In this document: one piece after another, positions 58,901 to 64,000 of the stretch
How positions within the stretch are numbered: position 1 is the first letter of the stretch
How the letters are laid out: every line of letters begins with the position of its first letter
NCBI GenBank assembly: GCA_050298295.1
Contig: JBNKTW010000071.1
Span: 7,092 to 71,091 of the forward strand
Length of the DNA: 64,000 nucleotides
From: Rhodomicrobiaceae bacterium
GTDB lineage: Bacteria; Pseudomonadota; Alphaproteobacteria; Rhizobiales; Rhodomicrobiaceae
Reading direction: 5' to 3'
Made by a program: the position numbers and the translations under genes
The notes under the pieces: generated by a model
Told to the model about the DNA's origin: nothing
The model's database searches: none
Seen by the model: only the letters and a program-made list of their open reading frames with translations

Positions 58901-59769
58901 AGGCGCTGGACTCTCCTATGGATATCGCGCTGTGCTATTACCGGCTTGGGGCGGTGGCGCAGCTTCGCGGGAATCCCGGAGAGGCCGAGGGATGGTACAA
59001 AAAGTCCCTCACCATCCATAATACCCTGGTCGACCAGCCGGAAATGGCCGAAGCCTACCAGAAGCTCGCCCGGGAAGCGCAGGAGTGCGGCCGCCATCAG
59101 GAAGCCGAGGGATGGTATAAGAAATCGCTCGCCATCGAGGAAGCGCTGGGCTGCATGGCCGATAGCTATCATCAGCTTGGCGTGGTGGCGCAGGATCGCG
59201 GCCATCCCGGCGAGGCCGAGGGATGGTACAATAAGTCGCTCTCCGTCTTCGAGATGCTGGGCAACAAGGCGGGCGTGGTCAAGAATTACCACCACCTTGG
59301 CGCTTTGGCGCAAGCGCGCGGCCGTTCCGGCGAGGCCGAAGACTGGTATAGGAAATCCGCCGCCGCCGAGGAGGCGCTGGGCAACCGGCCCGGCGTGGCG
59401 TGGAGCTGCCGGCTGCTTGGCGCCGTGTTGCATGGGCGCGGCCGTTTCGAAGAGGCCCAGGAGTGCTACAGGAAATCCCTCGCCATCGAAGAGGTGCGGG
59501 GCAGCCAGGCGGGCATGGCCGCGGACTTCTATCAGCTCGCCCTGCTGGCGCGGGACCGGGGCTCCTCCGGCGAGGCCCAGGTCTGGGCGATGAAAGCGTT
59601 CGCCATGTTCGATATGCTGGGCGACGAGCTGGACAAGGGCAAGGCGCTCGCGCTCATCGCCGGGCTTAAGACCGCCGCCGATGACGAAGACATGCCGCAA
59701 GGGACGCCGCCGGCCGGACTGCAACAGCCCCCGGCTCAGCCCGCGGAAAGCGGCAAGCCCGCGCCGTGA
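55966..59769 (+). CDS. CHAT (caspase-like) + STAND/NB-ARC-like NTPase + TPR protein
   Basis: LPWELM, RPP, HFEGYG, LSAC, FYAEL, DWFVPV (CHAT); HGLGGTGKTELA (Walker A); LLIWDN (Walker B); GGHPLSL; C-terminal TPR repeats. Confidence 0.88.
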   Translation: MTLRLIVQEENGITQVMERLPGVTETVPFGALESFASPLTAADFEDLRHYLQDYANPPLAECAGRGERADRERLTAYGEALYKAVFAGRPRRCDAYLRAKLAIENRRGAEVAISSRDPRFLVLPWELMKAPEARDPLSVCVDTFDRILPGDEPALEFASIGQGFRVLMVTPRPADIGGEIFPAVARPLLRHLEAAKNPVRIDILRPPSFEAFKARLKEAKEAGTPYHAVHFEGYGQTGEGGDAPTVLCERQGEAPQNYAIFERDNGEPEPVRVRAVAAALARGDVPLMILSACRPREAQTPCDATCPGTFMAMQLLERGTPSVVAMGHPLYSVAAAAFMAAFYAELLAGRSVSEAVNTGRKALREETNRLRPSLKGSTPLQDWFVPVHFARNFLRLRQGEAAPGPAFPAEETVAAVLDAAASAENRPAGDLTAAGDLFFGRDAEFFILERAIRTRHIAVIHGLGGTGKTELAKGFARWLQASGGLGDQRFVFFDSFEPGHQAFGLDLIANQIMARFGEAEACRAAENTKERAELALQKLRQHRCLLIWDNFSTAFSLPDPSGKMQPLDEAQRAGVLWFLGELHESQSALLITSRTREEWLGGPEMAARCEVRGLNERDVLLYADRLLAPYPQASARRVADPAGFKALLDYLGGHPLSLKLVLPQLSRSCAAVLLEALKTQETPLAGFGAEEGHLASLGASLYYSFRHLTGKDQTRLVILSLFEKVAPSHILGAMKDAPEQFRDLGQPEWEALLGRLTDIGLLTNLGGGLYQLHPALPSYLGALWKSQAQAPADAGREREEALRSLIAAAARIAGHLHRQLQTEEARPALDQIGALRANFYAFLAAAVERRLFAEAQTLILALDHYWHSAALAQEAQTWSEYIIKAIEPRAYQAPETGTPAHELWLSVMVKEGDRAFQAGDLGKAEAIYRRIASSIERHGGGRPDRNLADAYYKLGIAGQEHGLLEEAGASVEKALAIFEALDSPMDIALCYYRLGAVAQLRGNPGEAEGWYKKSLTIHNTLVDQPEMAEAYQKLAREAQECGRHQEAEGWYKKSLAIEEALGCMADSYHQLGVVAQDRGHPGEAEGWYNKSLSVFEMLGNKAGVVKNYHHLGALAQARGRSGEAEDWYRKSAAAEEALGNRPGVAWSCRLLGAVLHGRGRFEEAQECYRKSLAIEEVRGSQAGMAADFYQLALLARDRGSSGEAQVWAMKAFAMFDMLGDELDKGKALALIAGLKTAADDEDMPQGTPPAGLQQPPAQPAESGKPAP

Positions 59770-59876
59770 CGGACTTCTGTTGGAGCGCCAAGCGCTTTGA
59801 GCCGAAGTCCGCTTGGTCTGCTGGCTCAACGGCCTTAGGCTATCGCCAATCGCTGGAGCGGCGGTGCCATGGCATC

Positions 59877-61055
59877 TTACGCGTTACAAAGAGCCATTGG
59901 TCTTCCTGCTCCGCGGTTCGTTGTGGCGGCTGTATTGCGCATTCGGCAGAAGCCATCTTTCGGCCTGGAGGCTCTTGCTGATGCTGGTTCCATTTTGACC
60001 AGCTTCAGTGTGCACAGCTCGTGAGACCTGACCGGGGCAAATTTCTGCTTATACAAATTTAGCCCTTCGCTTTCAGAACCACCGATGCACATCTCCTTGT
60101 ACCCCGAATCCAGAAGCCTGCGCGCCGCCTGATAATGCAGATATTCGCAGCAGCCCGGTTCGCTGGTCGCTTGGAGCGCCGCCAAACAGGGAACAGGATC
60201 GTTGTACCTGCGATTATTTTCCCAAAGCCAAAATGCGAGATACTCATTTCCCCTTTTTAGAAAAATACCGTCTACGGGTAGCTCGCGGTTTACGGTAAGG
60301 TTGGCAATAAATTGGTACGGTGCCAAAAGCTCTTCGTAGTCAAACGAGAAATTGGTATCCTCTTTATGGTTTGTCAGCTTATTTTCTACCCAGCGTTCGC
60401 TTATAGACTGGATCGCGTTTACCCTTTCCGTTTCCATCAAGTCACCGAAAACAACCGTATCTATGCCTCGCGCCCTAAATTTGTTCAGCTTATTCCTATA
60501 GGCAGAAAGACGAGGCCCAACAGGATAAGCGGAGCTTTGTAACGAAACATCATAGGATGGAAACATCCAGTCCAACTTGCTCTCGCGATGGACTTCAACT
60601 ACAAAGCCCTTCATTGAGAACTTGCCGCCTGCTATGTCATCCTTACTAATAAAACGTTTGGGGACTCTGGCTATATGAACATTTTCGCATTCATAGATCC
60701 ACTTGCACAACGGAGTACTGTCTCCTCCCTGTAAATTGCTCGCAATGGCATTAATATGCAAATCAAATGAATCTTGATCAGATACGAAAGGCATAAATAG
60801 CAATCGGGTTAAGTTATCATTAGGATGGACACAACCAACAAACTTAATGCCATTCGATTGGAAATACCATAACCCATTTCTACCTGTAAATGCATAGTAC
60901 AGAGGTGACTTCACATAAACATCCTTGGCCTCCGACCTGCTTAGTGACTGTTTTAGGAAAGTGCTACCGTATGCACCAATATTGACTACGTCAATTTCAT
61001 CGCCGCGCCCGAACCTCCTACTGTCTACGTCCCGAAATTCGTTTGCCATCCTCAT
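59877..61055 (-). CDS. Soluble DUF2156 / aminoacyl-phosphatidylglycerol-synthase C-terminal-like (GNAT fold) protein, low GC
   Basis: YxV..G..LSAYRNKLNKF and GGSESEGLNLYKQKFAP patterns; coupled to the XRE gene stop. Confidence 0.55.
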   Translation of the reverse strand: MRMANEFRDVDSRRFGRGDEIDVVNIGAYGSTFLKQSLSRSEAKDVYVKSPLYYAFTGRNGLWYFQSNGIKFVGCVHPNDNLTRLLFMPFVSDQDSFDLHINAIASNLQGGDSTPLCKWIYECENVHIARVPKRFISKDDIAGGKFSMKGFVVEVHRESKLDWMFPSYDVSLQSSAYPVGPRLSAYRNKLNKFRARGIDTVVFGDLMETERVNAIQSISERWVENKLTNHKEDTNFSFDYEELLAPYQFIANLTVNRELPVDGIFLKRGNEYLAFWLWENNRRYNDPVPCLAALQATSEPGCCEYLHYQAARRLLDSGYKEMCIGGSESEGLNLYKQKFAPVRSHELCTLKLVKMEPASARASRPKDGFCRMRNTAATTNRGAGRPMALCNA

Positions 61056-61720
61056 TTTTCTTCTCCGTTTTGGATGGCCCAGATGAATTCGAACATATGC
61101 CGCGATGCTTCAGCGATTGCCTTGCTGTGTACGACAGTGACCGTCACCTGAGGTTCGAATTGCACAACGGCAACGCTTTCGCCGAATATGACGATAGGAG
61201 GAAAATGTCTATTACTTATATCTGCGCCTTTTAACAACCGATACCATGGCATCGGAGCCACGAAAGTCGTTGTATCCGAAAAGTATAATATTTTCTCCTT
61301 TAATCCAGCCAGACGAAGGCGCTCAATATGTTGAGTTAAATAATCTCCAAGAGATTCATCGGCATCGTCTTCCCTTAGGCCATAGATCAATATGTCATCG
61401 ATGCCTGTTTTTTCCTGATACGCAAGGGCGTTGCTATAAATCTCATTAAGCAAACGCCTATTTGCGCCTGGCATGTTGTCATATGATGTCGTAGGCTCCC
61501 TAAAACGTACACCCTCTTGCGGAAGGAATTCCACCTGCCGCTCCTCCAGAACAGTACGCAGCCGCAGCGTCAGGTCGCGCGATGGGTTTCCGCCTCCTTT
61601 TTCAAACGCGATCACAGTACTTCGAGAAAGTCTCGCCGCAGTCGCTAGATCGGTTTGCGACCAGCCAATCAACCCGCGCGCAGCACGAATTTGACGAGGA
61701 GTAACAAGGAAGACATTCAT
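61052..61720 (-). CDS. XRE-family HTH regulator with C-terminal sensor-like domain, low GC
   Basis: TPRQIRAARGLIGWSQTDLATAARLSRSTVIAFEKG followed by a ~140-aa extra domain. Confidence 0.85.
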   Translation of the reverse strand: MNVFLVTPRQIRAARGLIGWSQTDLATAARLSRSTVIAFEKGGGNPSRDLTLRLRTVLEERQVEFLPQEGVRFREPTTSYDNMPGANRRLLNEIYSNALAYQEKTGIDDILIYGLREDDADESLGDYLTQHIERLRLAGLKEKILYFSDTTTFVAPMPWYRLLKGADISNRHFPPIVIFGESVAVVQFEPQVTVTVVHSKAIAEASRHMFEFIWAIQNGEEK

Positions 61721-61964
61721 TGCGAGATCGCAGGTTGCTTTGGTGGTACACACCCTCCCCTCTGAAGGGGTGGGCCTAGTCAAACAAAATGTATCTTAAG
61801 ATCTCACAAAATGTCTAACTTGTCCACCGACCACAAAAAAATTGGCGTATCCAACCAATAACGCGAAAAGATACTGATCGAAGCTAACTCGGTCATCGCA
61901 TTGGCTATCCAGGCAAGGCAATTACATCTTGCCTGGGTTTCTTCATAAAGCTCCTTGGGATCAC

Positions 61965-62315
61965 TCAACCACCAGGTGCTGCAGGTCGCTCTTTGGCCGC
62001 CATGTTAGTTTGCGTATTCGCACACATGGCGACGCTCTGGGACCTCGCTAGCGGATGGATTTCCTGGATGGCGATTGTCAAGAGAATCGCGGCGGCTGCG
62101 ACGATTGCGCACGCTAGCTCTCTTGCTTCCGGCCTCGGATCTTTGAGAAGCAAGTATATGAGCGCTCGAAGCATGGCCAGAGAGATGAACATCAGATGCG
62201 CTGTATCGCTCTGTAAAAAGATCCATAACCTTTTCAGGTCGCTCAAGACCGCAACTGCACAGGACTCGGGCATGAGCATCTTAGCACCTCCTACCTGTTT
62301 GCCTGTGCCCGACAC
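61965..62315 (-). CDS. Possible small hypothetical membrane protein
   Basis: 116-aa ORF with two hydrophobic segments and a GGAGG upstream; no family recognised. Confidence 0.35.
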   Translation of the reverse strand: MSGTGKQVGGAKMLMPESCAVAVLSDLKRLWIFLQSDTAHLMFISLAMLRALIYLLLKDPRPEARELACAIVAAAAILLTIAIQEIHPLARSQSVAMCANTQTNMAAKERPAAPGG

Positions 62316-63035
62316 CTCCTTTCACCTTGCCTTTCTTTTATATTTGTAGTAGCTTGAAAGCCGGTGTGACAAGAGCCGCCGGGCTCGTTGATCATTCTGA
62401 GTGAGGAAGAGGTGGCCGGATTGTTGCTTTCCAGGGCGATCCGGTCCACTTCCGGTATGTTTTGCTGTTGCCTCTATGCCAACAGTGCCTCCTTTCTCCA
62501 GCGCAAGAAAATCAACTCCCAAAAAGAGAAGCTAGGCTCTCAGGCGCCCATTTAGATCTTCTTTTTGCCCCTCAGGCCGTATCTGGTTGAGGTTGGAGTG
62601 CCGGTTGTACGGCTTGCCGTAGCTTGTAAACCTGCTGCGGCTATAAGCGTGCAAGCCTAACGCTCATACCACCTCCCAATGACGCACTCTAAGGATAAGA
62701 GTTACCCTATCTAGAATAGTGAACATCATTTTCGGCAGATTGTCTATACAAATAGTGAAGGTCATTTGGAATAGAGTACACAAATTATCGGCATACTCCC
62801 CATTTTCACTGACAAATTATCACCTTCTAGCCATCTGCCCCAACAATTTGTTTACCGAGGCTAGCCAATATGTTCGCAATTGAAGTGCAAGTCCCCGGAG
62901 TCTATTTACCGTATCTAAGGCTTCTATCCGCAAGTCCTTCCTTGTCAAACACAATTTCCTGAGTGGAATCATACCTCCCTCGCGTCTTCGGTCACACTTG
63001 ACCAGCCCTCTGAAAAATAATGCGGTCCGGTGCCG

Positions 63036-64000
63036 CTATTGCGGCGCGGCTGTTTCCGGCCTGGGGTTCGTGGTCAGGGTCTCAACTCCCGCGTTTGCGC
63101 CCGTCGGCCGCCCCGCAAGCTCTCCTCCCGCCCCTGGCGGCAGGCGCGCGAACGAGATCACCGACAGCACGCCGATTGCGGCGGCGATCCAAAAGGCGAT
63201 GGCGAAATCCCCCCGCGAGATGTCCGGCGCCCCGCGCAAAGCCTGAGCCGCCTGCAGGATCAGCGCGCCGATGGCCACGCCCAGCGATAGCGACACCTGC
63301 TGCGTCACGCTCGCGAAGCCCGTCGCCCGGCTCATCCTGGCCTGCGGGATGTCGGCGTAGGCGAGCGCGTTGATGGCGGTGAATTCGAGCGAGCGGAAGA
63401 AGCCGCCGGCCAGCAGCACCGCGAACATGAGGGCGTGCGGCCAGGCGGCGGTGAAGAAGCCGTTCGCCGCCATGAACGCGGCGCTTATGACGGCGTTCAC
63501 GATCAGCACGCGGCGGAAGCCGAGCGCGCGGATGATGGGTGCGGCGCTCGCCTTCATGACCAGCGCGCCTGTGGCGGCGGCGAAGGTCAACAGGCCCGAC
63601 TGGAACGGCGTCAGCCCGAAGCTCAGCTGCAGCATCAGCGGCAGGAGAAAGGGAACGGCGCCCACGCCGATGCGGAAGAGCGACGCGCCCAGGACGCCCG
63701 CCCGGAAGGTCTGAATCTCAAGCAGCCGTAAGTCGATCATCGGGTTTTCTGTCCGCCTGGCGTGCCAGACATAGGCCGCGCACATGGCGGCGCCCCCCGC
63801 CGTGAGCCCAAATCCAGCCACCAGCGACCCCGCGTTCTCTCCAAGCATCGCCAGGCCAGAGACGAAGGCGGAAAGGCCGAGGCCCGAGAGCACGAAGCCC
63901 CTCCTGTCGAGCGGCGGCACATGCGGCTCGCGGATGTTGGCGATGTATTTCCAGGTGAGCGCCAGCCCCAGCGCGCCAATCGGCAAGTTGATGTAGAAGA
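63036..64000 (-). CDS. MFS transporter, DHA2/EmrB-like; 5' part outside the window
   Basis: FYINLPIG, PMIDLRLL, FLLPLMLQ, GFFRSLEFTA; multiple TM helices. Confidence 0.92.
   Translation of the reverse strand, partial: FYINLPIGALGLALTWKYIANIREPHVPPLDRRGFVLSGLGLSAFVSGLAMLGENAGSLVAGFGLTAGGAAMCAAYVWHARRTENPMIDLRLLEIQTFRAGVLGASLFRIGVGAVPFLLPLMLQLSFGLTPFQSGLLTFAAATGALVMKASAAPIIRALGFRRVLIVNAVISAAFMAANGFFTAAWPHALMFAVLLAGGFFRSLEFTAINALAYADIPQARMSRATGFASVTQQVSLSLGVAIGALILQAAQALRGAPDISRGDFAIAFWIAAAIGVLSVISFARLPPGAGGELAGRPTGANAGVETLTTNPRPETAAPQ

Noticed and set aside
58700-59600. Tandem ~120-nt repeats that could be mistaken for a CRISPR or guide array
   Set aside because: They are degenerate, in-frame TPR coding repeats without a repeat-spacer structure.
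59770-63035. Integrative element or prophage call for the low-GC islet
   Set aside because: No integrase, tRNA, att repeats or phage genes seen.
1-64000. tRNA, rRNA and CRISPR arrays
   Set aside because: None recognised by eye; tRNAscan/Infernal were not run.

Overview
64 kb of a GC-rich alphaproteobacterial chromosome. Class I LysRS, pleC next to pepN, lrp/trxB/lsrB synteny and CtrA-like boxes point to Hyphomicrobiales, possibly Rhodomicrobium-like (inference). Most of the window is core genome: a heme-copper oxidase operon (ctaB-coxC-SCO-coxB-coxA) divergent from a diheme cytochrome c with two FNR-type boxes; lysK-DUF952-pyrD; trxA; an L,D-transpeptidase; panD; an iscR-led suf operon; rluC; an RND pump; lsrB/vtlR-trxB-lrp; kdsD-galU; two SGNH proteins; ruvA/ruvC; pepN; pleC; and an MFS transporter. 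Accessory elements are interspersed, listed here by interest: (1) an orphan gene fusing a nucleoside-deoxyribosyltransferase-like domain to a bacterial STING-like domain, with no cyclase nearby; (2) an ungapped ~84-bp intergenic element (GGTTAAT-N15-ATATTTAA plus phased A-tracts) in three copies, each beside an immune-like gene (NDT-STING, TIR-CLec, CHAT-NTPase-TPR); (3) a TIR-FGE/CLec gene whose 3' end looks like a DGR-mutagenised variable region; (4) a DUF559 endonuclease flanked by 36-bp hairpin inverted repeats inside the suf operon, with related nuclease-free copies elsewhere, one inserted in frame in the DUF952 gene; (5) a candidate ~130-nt sRNA upstream of ruvC; (6) a low-GC XRE + DUF2156-like islet. 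All family calls come from motifs read by eye; no database searches were run.
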